Assembly (NCBI GenBank): GCA_030587475.2
Contig: JAUQYZ020000225.1
Location: 1 to 11,778 of the forward strand
Direction of reading: 5' to 3'
DNA: 11,778 bases
DNA from: Candidatus Sigynarchaeum calidifontis
GTDB lineage: Archaea; Asgardarchaeota; Lokiarchaeia; Sigyniarchaeales; Sigyniarchaeaceae
The translations under genes and the position numbers were made by a program. Positions within the stretch are counted from its first letter, which is position 1. Each line of letters starts with the position of its first letter. Below are positions 1 to 6,426 of the stretch, piece by piece. The notes beneath the pieces are model-generated. The model was not told the origin of the DNA and searched no databases. It saw only the letters and a program-made list of their open reading frames with translations.

Positions 1-36
1 CGCTCGAACCGGCGATCGCGCCCGGCCAGGCACGAC

Positions 37-627
37 GTGGCCGCTCTCGCCTCCCTCGCCGCCATTGCCACGATGGCCATCGTCGCGAGCGTTTTCTCTA
101 ACTTGCAAGTGCCCTTCGGCAATATTTTTCCCCGGGGCGATATGGCAGGCTCTGACGTGCAAGGCGACCTCGATGCCGCGCGGTCGCGGCTCGCGCGCAT
201 GCTCGGGAGCGTCCAGCAAGCGGAGGGGCTCGTGCCGCAAGCCAGCATCGCGCCCGTCGTCGCCAGCTTGAACGATGCCCTCGATCACCTGGAGCTGGCG
301 ACGCTATCCATTTCAAAGAACCTTCTAACGGAAGCCGCCAGCAACATAACCCTCGCGAACGGGATCATGGACGCCATCGCCCCGGCCATTGATGCGCTCG
401 TCGCGCAAGCCGCATCGGCCAGGCGCACGAACCTCTTGCTGGCCGCGGCCGGCATCGGTGCCGCGTGCGTCGCCGCCGTGTTCTTGTTCTGGCTCAAGCG
501 GCGTCGCGACAAGAAGCAGCTCGAGGCGTTCCTCGCTGCCGAGATCGATTATGGCGGGGATGCCGCGGGGCGAAAGGCGAGCGACGCGGGTTCGAGCACG
601 CTGGACGCCGGCGATGGCTCGCCATGA
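37..627 (+). CDS. Hypothetical membrane protein: N-terminal hydrophobic helix, Ala/Leu-rich helical bundle, C-terminal TM helix with basic stop-transfer
   Basis: Hydrophobic N-terminus (AALASLAAIATMAIVASVF), amphipathic helices, and C-terminal TM LLLAAAGIGAACVAAVFLFWL followed by KRRRDKK. The frame is open back to base 1, so the true start may lie upstream of the window. Confidence 0.7.
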   Translation: MAALASLAAIATMAIVASVFSNLQVPFGNIFPRGDMAGSDVQGDLDAARSRLARMLGSVQQAEGLVPQASIAPVVASLNDALDHLELATLSISKNLLTEAASNITLANGIMDAIAPAIDALVAQAASARRTNLLLAAAGIGAACVAAVFLFWLKRRRDKKQLEAFLAAEIDYGGDAAGRKASDAGSSTLDAGDGSP

Positions 628-645
628 AAGGTAGGCGCGGGGTTC

Positions 646-867
646 TCAGCTTTCGCCGAGCATCTCTTGCATCAGCGCGATGGTCTCTTGTGCCTCTGCC
701 GGGTCGATGCGCTGGATGGCGCAGCCCGCGTGGATGATGACGTAATCCCCCACTTGCACCTGGCTCTTCACCAGCGAGATCGACACGACGCGCTTCAGCC
801 CGCCATAGTCCACGGTGGCGCGCTCGCCATCGAGGGCGAGGATCTTGACCGGCACGGCGATGCACAT
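646..867 (-). CDS. hypC: [NiFe]-hydrogenase maturation chaperone HypC/HybG/HupF
   Basis: Signature MCIAVP and VGDYVIIHAGCAIQRID; 73 aa. Start moved to ATG 867 so that Cys2 is N-terminal after Met removal; AGGTGG SD-like site upstream. Confidence 0.96.
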   Translation of the reverse strand: MCIAVPVKILALDGERATVDYGGLKRVVSISLVKSQVQVGDYVIIHAGCAIQRIDPAEAQETIALMQEMLGES

Positions 868-900
868 TTGTCCAGCCACCTGACACGGTACATGAAGCGG

Positions 901-913
901 GGAATTTTTAACC
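901..913. promoter_or_regulatory. Candidate shared TATA-like element between divergent hypC and HD genes
   Basis: GGAATTTTTAACC is the main AT-rich patch in the short divergent spacer. It reads TTTTTAA on + and TTAAAAA on -, about 35-40 nt from ATG 945 and ATG 867. Confidence 0.45.
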
Positions 914-914
914 T

Positions 915-1604
915 ATGGCGTTGAACAGAAAATCGACCGCGCACATGAACGCAGACATCGAAGCCCGGCTTCGCGGGATTGTCGACCGCTATTTTCCCGA
1001 CGCGCTGGCGCACGGCAGGGCACACGTGCTGCGCGTCGTGGCATCGTGCAAGGAGATAGCCACGAGCATCGAGGCCGAGAAAGGGCAGTGGATCGACCGC
1101 GACGTGCTGCTCGCGGCCGCTTACTTGCACGATACCGGCCGGCTCGGCGACATGAAGCCCCTCGCCCGCGCCGTGCCGCCCGCGAACGCGCCGCACGCGG
1201 AGCGCTCCGCCGGCTTCGCACGGGAGATATTGCAAGGCATGGACGGCTTTCCCGCGGCCAAGATACCCGCGGTCGAGCAAGCGATCCTCGCCCACAGCTT
1301 CTCGAAGGGCGAGCGGCCGGCCACGATTGAAGGGGAGATCTTGTCCGACGCTGACAAGCTCGACGCGCTCGGTGCCCAGGGCATCATCCGCACGGTCGCC
1401 TACTCGGTCGAGAATGGCCGGTCGCTCCAGGACACGCTCGACCACTTCACCGAGAAGATCTTGAAATTGAAGGATCTCCTCTACACGAATCCAGCGAAAC
1501 GGATCGCTGCAGCAAAGCACGAGATCGTCGCCTGCTTCGTCGGCGACCTGGTTCACGACATCGACGCGGTGCCCGATCGGGCCGACAGCACGAGTTCCAG
1601 GTAG
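915..1604 (+). CDS. HD-superfamily metal-dependent phosphohydrolase (YedJ-like)
   Basis: Motifs AHGRAHVLRV, AAYLHDTGR, HAERSA, AILAHS, LSDADKLDALGAQGIIR. The start may be ATG 945 rather than 915. Confidence 0.92.
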   Translation: MALNRKSTAHMNADIEARLRGIVDRYFPDALAHGRAHVLRVVASCKEIATSIEAEKGQWIDRDVLLAAAYLHDTGRLGDMKPLARAVPPANAPHAERSAGFAREILQGMDGFPAAKIPAVEQAILAHSFSKGERPATIEGEILSDADKLDALGAQGIIRTVAYSVENGRSLQDTLDHFTEKILKLKDLLYTNPAKRIAAAKHEIVACFVGDLVHDIDAVPDRADSTSSR

Positions 1605-2146
1605 GACCGCCGCTCGGACATGTCCCGCCCGATGCCGAAACCGGCCAGGTACCGGAACAGCTGCTCGCGCCGCGCGTCGAGGGTGGCCTCGTCATCCACC
1701 ACGATTTCCACTTCCATGTACGGGTCGGGGAGTCCCTCGACCCGGTCGAGCATTATGCCGATTTCGCCGTGCAAGTAATGCTTGCGAACTTTCTTGATGA
1801 CGATGACCTCCTTGAAACCGATCATCGTCAAGAGGCGCCGAACCTTCCCCGCGTCCGCCACGCCCACGTCGATCTCCTCGCGGGTCTTCGTCGTCGCGTC
1901 GACCTTCGGCCCCTTGTATGTCAGGAACGCTTCCACCTTCCCTTCCGTCACGTTCCGGGAGACTCGCAACCGCAAGGCCTCGTCTGTCCGGGCAAAAGAG
2001 CCGAGTTTCGCGGGCTTGTCGAAATAATAATCCTCGTGCACGAGATCACACTCGAAAATCGCACCTGCTTTCGTGATCCGTTCGGCCAGCTGCTCGACCG
2101 ACGGGATCTTGGCCTTGATCTCGATCTCCAGGCGTTTTCCGCTCAT
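1553..2146 (-). CDS. cyaB: CYTH-domain protein / class IV adenylate cyclase CyaB-like triphosphate tunnel metalloenzyme
   Basis: ExExK motif (EIEIKAK), DYYF, ALRLR, LTYKGPK, REEI, LDRVEGL..YMEVE, SYLEL. Start set at ATG 2146 with GGAG upstream; 197 aa. Confidence 0.93.
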   Translation of the reverse strand: MSGKRLEIEIKAKIPSVEQLAERITKAGAIFECDLVHEDYYFDKPAKLGSFARTDEALRLRVSRNVTEGKVEAFLTYKGPKVDATTKTREEIDVGVADAGKVRRLLTMIGFKEVIVIKKVRKHYLHGEIGIMLDRVEGLPDPYMEVEIVVDDEATLDARREQLFRYLAGFGIGRDMSERRSYLELVLSARSGTASMS

Positions 2147-2207
2147 GTCTCCATACCCGTGGTGGTTATGCACGGTAATGCGCTGGCTTATTGAAAGTGT
2201 TTCCTTG

Positions 2208-3275
2208 ATGCATCCTATCACTATCCAGCGAATAGCACGGGTGGATGCCCAGTTGACCGCGGAGATCGGCCGGATCATGAAGGACGAGGGGTACGCGCCC
2301 TACGTCGTCGAGCGATACTTGATACTGTTCGGCGAGCAGCGGACGCTGGACATCATGAAGGCGTTCCAGCGGGCGCCGGTACCAAGCATCAACGTCAACA
2401 CGTGCAACACGACGGTGAAAGCACTGCGCGAGCGGCTGGAAGCCAAGCACTTCCACCTGGAGCAAGTGCCGTGGTGCAGCACGGGGTTCTGGCTCTACGA
2501 CGCGCGGGACTACGAGAGGAAGCACGACCCAGGCAGCCTCGCCGATTTTGCCATGGCGCCCGGCGCCACGCACGAGTATCTCCTCGGGCTCTACTCGCTA
2601 CAAGGCGCGAGCAGCATGATCCCCCCGTTATTGCTCGATCCCAAGCCGGGCGAACAAGTGCTCGACATGGCGGCCGCGCCCGGCTCAAAATTTGTCCAGA
2701 TCGGGCAGATGATGCAGAACAAGGGTTTGCTCGTGGGCGTGGAACGTTCGCTCGATCGGATCCCCGCGTTGAAGGCGAACGTGCAGCGATGCGGCGTGAC
2801 GAATTCGGTCATCGTGTGCAACGATGCCCGTCATCTCGGGAAGCAGTTCCAGGGCTTTGACAAGGTGCTGCTCGACGCGCCATGCACGGGCGAGGGTCTC
2901 ATGGGCTCGGACCCGTCCCGGAAAAATTCCCGCAGCGTCGGCGACATCGAGACCATGATGAACATCCAGCTCCAGCTACTCGAGAAGGCCATGGGGCTCG
3001 TCAAGCCGGGCGGCCGCATCGTGTATTCCACGTGCAGCCTTGCCCCTGAAGAGGACGAGCACGTGGTTAACGAGGTGTTGAAGAAGCACAAGAACTTCAA
3101 GATCATCCCGCCACCACGTTCGATCGCAAGTCACTTCGAGCCGGGCATGGTCAAGGCATTCCAGGTCAAGTTCCGCGAGGACCTCGCGAACGCCGTGCGC
3201 GTGTTCCCGTACAACCACCCGGCGCGGCCCGAGGGGTTCTTCGCGGCGATCCTAGAAAGGCATGGAACACGATGA
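2208..3275 (+). CDS. Nop2/NOL1/RsmB-family SAM-dependent RNA cytosine-C5 methyltransferase
   Basis: GATHEYLLGLYSLQGASS, motif I VLDMAAAPGSK, motif IV LLDAPCTGEG, motif VI VYSTCSL, C-terminal EGFFAA; both catalytic Cys present. Start uncertain (ATG 2208, GTG 2241 or ATG 2277). Confidence 0.96.
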   Translation: MHPITIQRIARVDAQLTAEIGRIMKDEGYAPYVVERYLILFGEQRTLDIMKAFQRAPVPSINVNTCNTTVKALRERLEAKHFHLEQVPWCSTGFWLYDARDYERKHDPGSLADFAMAPGATHEYLLGLYSLQGASSMIPPLLLDPKPGEQVLDMAAAPGSKFVQIGQMMQNKGLLVGVERSLDRIPALKANVQRCGVTNSVIVCNDARHLGKQFQGFDKVLLDAPCTGEGLMGSDPSRKNSRSVGDIETMMNIQLQLLEKAMGLVKPGGRIVYSTCSLAPEEDEHVVNEVLKKHKNFKIIPPPRSIASHFEPGMVKAFQVKFREDLANAVRVFPYNHPARPEGFFAAILERHGTR

Positions 3276-3280
3276 GGTGA
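3274..3280 (+). promoter_or_regulatory. Shine-Dalgarno site GAGGTGA overlapping the methyltransferase stop codon
   Basis: Archaeal-type SD 8 nt upstream of ATG 3289, overlapping TGA 3273-3275. Confidence 0.7.
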
Positions 3281-3288
3281 CACGTGAC

Positions 3289-3999
3289 ATGGGCAAGAAA
3301 CCGAGCAACCGGCCCCGTAGGGCCCGCGACGACCGTGAACCGGACGATGAACGTGCTCCCGATGATTTGCAACGCGAATCAAGCCGCGAGGCGCCCGAGC
3401 GCGCGGGGAAGGCGCGGGAATCCCACTGGATCGATTTCGCCACGAAAGAACAGAAAGACATCGTTCACGCGGAGGTGAACATGTTCGGCGACGGGGACGG
3501 GGCATGGGATGCACTCGTCGTGCGGGGCGACAACAACGTGTTCCATTACCAGAAAGGCGATTTCACGAGCATCCACCTCATGCCCCGCGAGGCCAAGGAC
3601 CGATTCAAGGTGCTCATGGGCAACCCCGGCTTGAAACATTTCGGCCTGTTCCTTGGCATGCTCAAGGGGAGCCAGTTCAACTTGTCCCTCGAGGGGGCGG
3701 CGGAGCTCGTAAAGCGCGGCGCTGCAACACGGAACTGGATCAAGCTCAGCGACGATGGCGAAAAATCGTTCTTGTACGGCCAGGACATCAAGAAAGCGGC
3801 GTTACAAGAGATTTGCCCCCGTGGAATCACGCATGACCGCGGCATCTGCATCATCTTGAATGCCCGCGGCGAGTGCTTGGGTCTTGGGAAGTTGGAAGCC
3901 CGTGATCCGCGTCTCGTGAAGGTGTCCGATGACGAGATCCTCGTCAAGACCTTGATCGACCGCGGGGTTTATTTACGCGACCAGGATCGCTTCGCGTGA
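3289..3999 (+). CDS. nip7: Nip7-like large-subunit ribosome biogenesis protein (pre-PUA + PUA domain)
   Basis: FGLFLG..FNLSLEG, GEKSFLYGQDI, IILNARGECLGLG and terminal LIDRGVYLR are typical of Nip7/PUA proteins; directly downstream of a Nop2-like gene. Start set at 3289 from the SD. Confidence 0.85.
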   Translation: MGKKPSNRPRRARDDREPDDERAPDDLQRESSREAPERAGKARESHWIDFATKEQKDIVHAEVNMFGDGDGAWDALVVRGDNNVFHYQKGDFTSIHLMPREAKDRFKVLMGNPGLKHFGLFLGMLKGSQFNLSLEGAAELVKRGAATRNWIKLSDDGEKSFLYGQDIKKAALQEICPRGITHDRGICIILNARGECLGLGKLEARDPRLVKVSDDEILVKTLIDRGVYLRDQDRFA

Positions 4000-4075
4000 G
4001 GCTAACCCACGAATCACGACGAGAACTGGTGTTATTTCCCTTCTAACAAATACCTCAGCCTCCTAAAACGTCACG

Positions 4076-4117
4076 TTTTATTCCTACGATGGCTTCTACA
4101 AATCAAGTACAAGGTGA
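4076..4117 (+). promoter_or_regulatory. TATA-like box (TTTTATT, 4076-4082) and SD (AGGTGA, 4112-4117) for the FKBP gene
   Basis: AT-rich intergenic region 4000-4126; SD lies 9 nt before ATG 4127. Confidence 0.5.
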
Positions 4118-4126
4118 CAGCGCGCA

Positions 4127-5056
4127 ATGGCTGACACGATCGAAAGCGGCAACGTGGTTCGCGTTCACTTGACCGGGCGCGTGAACTCGCATGATGGCCC
4201 CGTCTTCCAGGTAACCGATGAGGCGGTCGCCAAGGCAGAAGGACTGGTCGAGGAAGGGAAACACCAGCATTACGAGCCCAAGCTCGTCATCGTTGGCAAG
4301 AAACAAGTCATCGAGGGGATTGACGAGGCGCTCGTGGGGATGAAGGTCGGCGAGGAGAAGAAAATCGAGATCCCCCCCGAGAAGGCGTTCGGAAAATCCG
4401 ATCCCAAGAAACGGCAATCGATGGCATTCCCGGAGTTCCGGAAGCGGTTTAAAAAGGTGCCCCGCGTCGGGGAGGTCGTCGAGCTCCCCCAGACCAAAGA
4501 GGACGCCCGCGTCGTGAGCACGAACCAGGGTAGAGTCATTCTTGACACGAACCACCTGCTTGCCGACCGCACCGTGTATTACACGATCAAGGTCGTGGAA
4601 AAAATGGAGGGTGAAGACGCTCTTCTCAATGCCCTCATCGAGCAGCGTATGCCCGGCATCCCTGCCAGCGAGTTGAAGATCAACAAGGCTGGCAAGACAC
4701 TCGAGCTCACGATCCCGAACCAGGTCATGTTTTACCAGCAATCCGGCTTCATGCTCTATCTTTTGGCCAACGAAATCCAGAAAGAAATCCCGCAATTCGA
4801 GAAAGTGCGGTACATCATCGACATCGAGAAGCCCAAGCTACCAGAAAAGCCTGCTGGTGCCGAGGCCGAAAAGCCCGCGGAAACCGTTACTTCCACCGCG
4901 GAACCAGCCACCGATGCAGTAAAGCCCGCGGAGGCCACTACCACCACCGAGGAACCGGCCGCCGATGAGAAAAAGGCAAAAAAGCCGGCCAAGAAGGGTT
5001 CCAAGAAGGCAACGGATGAGTCCGCATCGGACGGGGCCGGAGAGAAGAAAGAATAA
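4127..5056 (+). CDS. Archaeal long-type FKBP peptidyl-prolyl isomerase/chaperone (SlyD-like insert-in-flap domain, C-terminal domain, low-complexity tail)
   Basis: YEPKLVIVGKKQVIEGIDEALVGMKVGEEKKIEIPPEKAFG, IF-domain segment, GRVILDTNHLLA; extra C-terminal domain and a ~75-aa E/K/A/P/T tail. Confidence 0.92.
   Translation: MADTIESGNVVRVHLTGRVNSHDGPVFQVTDEAVAKAEGLVEEGKHQHYEPKLVIVGKKQVIEGIDEALVGMKVGEEKKIEIPPEKAFGKSDPKKRQSMAFPEFRKRFKKVPRVGEVVELPQTKEDARVVSTNQGRVILDTNHLLADRTVYYTIKVVEKMEGEDALLNALIEQRMPGIPASELKINKAGKTLELTIPNQVMFYQQSGFMLYLLANEIQKEIPQFEKVRYIIDIEKPKLPEKPAGAEAEKPAETVTSTAEPATDAVKPAEATTTTEEPAADEKKAKKPAKKGSKKATDESASDGAGEKKE
4870..4967 (+). repeat. Intragenic tandem duplication with 51-bp (17-aa) period in the FKBP tail
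   Basis: 4870-4916 vs 4921-4967 match at 38 of 47 bases by hand count; KPAETVTSTAEPATD / KPAEATTTTEEPAAD. Confidence 0.8.
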
Positions 5057-5080
5057 GCCCGGTCTTGTTATCTCCGCCCG

Positions 5081-5097
5081 TTTTCATTTTTCCCCTT
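5081..5097 (+). terminator. Oligo-T archaeal-type terminator after the FKBP gene
   Basis: TTTTCATTTTTCCCCTT about 25 nt after the stop codon. Confidence 0.45.
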
Positions 5098-5100
5098 CGG

Positions 5101-5113
5101 ATTAATTTTTATG
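5101..5113 (+). promoter_or_regulatory. TATA-like box for a probably leaderless transcript of the 5136 gene
   Basis: ATTAATTTTTATG ends about 23 nt upstream of ATG 5136; no SD seen. Confidence 0.5.
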
Positions 5114-5135
5114 TTCTCGCCGTGCTCGAGCTGCT

Positions 5136-6128
5136 ATGCGATCCGCAAAGAAGCTCGAGATGACTGCCATTGCCGTGGCGTCTATCCTCGTGCTCTTCGC
5201 ATTTTTTCTTCCCCTGGACATCATGGAATACCTTTCGCTGAACGTCGTCGGGGAACCGCCGATCAACGGCCGCTCGTGGCTCGACGGCGTCGGGGAACTC
5301 GGCGGGGAACTGTCGATGCGCTTACTTGCCGCGTGGGGCGTGGCGATCACGGTGCTGGGGGCGGTTCTCTTGCTGTGGAAGGAGAGCAAGCCGGTTTCCC
5401 GGCCGCGGGCGTCGCGGGGCGAGCTTGCCACCTACGTCGCGGGCATCGTCGCGTTTTTCGCCGCGAACGTGCTCATTGGTTACGCATGGTGGGATCCGGA
5501 TGGATCCCTGGGCATGGGGCCGTTGTATGCCCCGTCGATCGCGAGCCTCGTCGCCTTCGGGATCATCCCGTTCCTCGTCAAGTGGAAGTGCAAGCTCGAC
5601 TCGTCCGCTTTCGCGGCATCCCGGGAAGGACTCCCGAGGAACCTCGTGATCGTCGCGGTCATAGCGTTCGGGTATGGCCTGGTCTCGTGCATCTGGCATT
5701 GCTGCTCGTTTTTCGACGTGAAGATGTATTATTTCTACTTCGTGACCAAGATCATCCAGCTCTGGGCCATGTGCAGCTATTTCTACATGTGGGGACTGCC
5801 GATGCTGGAGGCGCGGTTCAAGAAAGGCTCGCTGCTGCCCGCCCTCCTCACCGCGGTGCTGTTCGGGATCTGCTACCCGTGGCATACCGTGGGATTCGCC
5901 ATCACCTTTGCTGCCTTCGGCTTCTTGCTGGCCGTGCTCGCGAGGAAAACGGGCTCGTACGTGCCCGGCCTGGTCTTGCTATTTCTCGCTTACATCTTCC
6001 ACACGGGCTTGCCATGGAACGGCCCGGGCTTCACGATCTACGTGCTACAGCCGGTTTCGGCCGGGATCGCTTGCATCCTCGCCTTGCTCGTCGTGAACCG
6101 GCGGGTTGGCCGGGAATCGAAAACGTGA
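5136..6128 (+). CDS. Multi-pass membrane protein with a CPBP/Abi (type II CAAX protease)-like C-terminal region, catalytic motifs degenerate
   Basis: Many hydrophobic segments. ALLTAVLFG...FGFLLAVLARKTGSYVPGLVL follows the CPBP scaffold pattern, but EExxxR, FxxxH and HxxxN are absent. Confidence 0.7.
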   Translation: MRSAKKLEMTAIAVASILVLFAFFLPLDIMEYLSLNVVGEPPINGRSWLDGVGELGGELSMRLLAAWGVAITVLGAVLLLWKESKPVSRPRASRGELATYVAGIVAFFAANVLIGYAWWDPDGSLGMGPLYAPSIASLVAFGIIPFLVKWKCKLDSSAFAASREGLPRNLVIVAVIAFGYGLVSCIWHCCSFFDVKMYYFYFVTKIIQLWAMCSYFYMWGLPMLEARFKKGSLLPALLTAVLFGICYPWHTVGFAITFAAFGFLLAVLARKTGSYVPGLVLLFLAYIFHTGLPWNGPGFTIYVLQPVSAGIACILALLVVNRRVGRESKT

Positions 6129-6197
6129 AACAGGAAAACCACGAACGCGAGGATCCGGGGAAAAAAATGGGCGCCCGCGGACACGTCGCTCGTGCTG

Positions 6198-6222
6198 GTG
6201 GTTTTACCACATTCCTTTATAT
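6198..6222 (+). promoter_or_regulatory. Palindrome GTGGT-TTT-ACCAC (6198-6210) next to TATA box TTTATAT (6216-6222)
   Basis: Consensus-like archaeal TATA box with an inverted repeat at the BRE position; candidate promoter/operator for the MFS gene. Confidence 0.55.
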
Positions 6223-6246
6223 GCATGGGCGCGCGGTTTGCCTTTA

Positions 6247-6343
6247 CAAGCGTCAGAGCGAGGCAACCGACGTGTTCTCGACCACCAACCCTGGATCCAT
6301 GGAGCCGTTCCATGTATCGATCATCCAGGCCACTCTACGCTTG
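6247..6343 (+). ncRNA. Putative structured RNA element (three-way junction) in the leader of the MFS gene; strand and function unproven
   Basis: Hand-found nested helices: 6247-6258/6333-6343, 6259-6262/6277-6280, 6290-6296/6323-6329, 6298-6303/6309-6314. It begins about 25 nt after the TATA box. Confidence 0.35.
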
Positions 6344-6426
6344 CACATGATCCTTGCCTGAGCGATCCCCCGGCGAGGACGTGCGATTTTTTCCTTCGGG
6401 CATGAATTTTCCCGGGTGTATCAGCC

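Noticed and set aside
915-2146. CYTH plus HD as a CBASS/Pycsar-like or CRISPR-associated defence system
   Set aside because: Both look like ordinary stand-alone housekeeping families, they are convergent rather than operonic, and no effector, cas gene or array is present.
2073-2278. Long N-terminal extensions of the CYTH (to 2278) and methyltransferase (from 2073) ORFs, implying head-to-head overlap
   Set aside because: Family motifs and the SD place the starts at 2146 and at or after 2208, leaving a normal divergent spacer.
646-5056. hypC plus SlyD-like FKBP as a nickel-delivery/hydrogenase maturation cluster
   Set aside because: The genes are more than 3 kb apart in different transcription units, and the FKBP lacks a His/Cys-rich metal-binding tail.
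6290-6329. Minus-strand ATGA-N11-AA-N10-GA hairpin resembling a eukaryote/Lokiarchaeia-type SECIS element
   Set aside because: Helix II would have only 5-6 bp, the 3' arm is too short, and no minus-strand selenoprotein gene is adjacent.
5111-6361. 416-aa alternative + frame ORF, including a possible 46-aa ORF at 6221-6361
   Set aside because: Arg/Gly/Pro-rich shadow of the membrane-protein gene in GC-rich DNA; the small ORF's ATG overlaps the TATA box and has no recognisable features.
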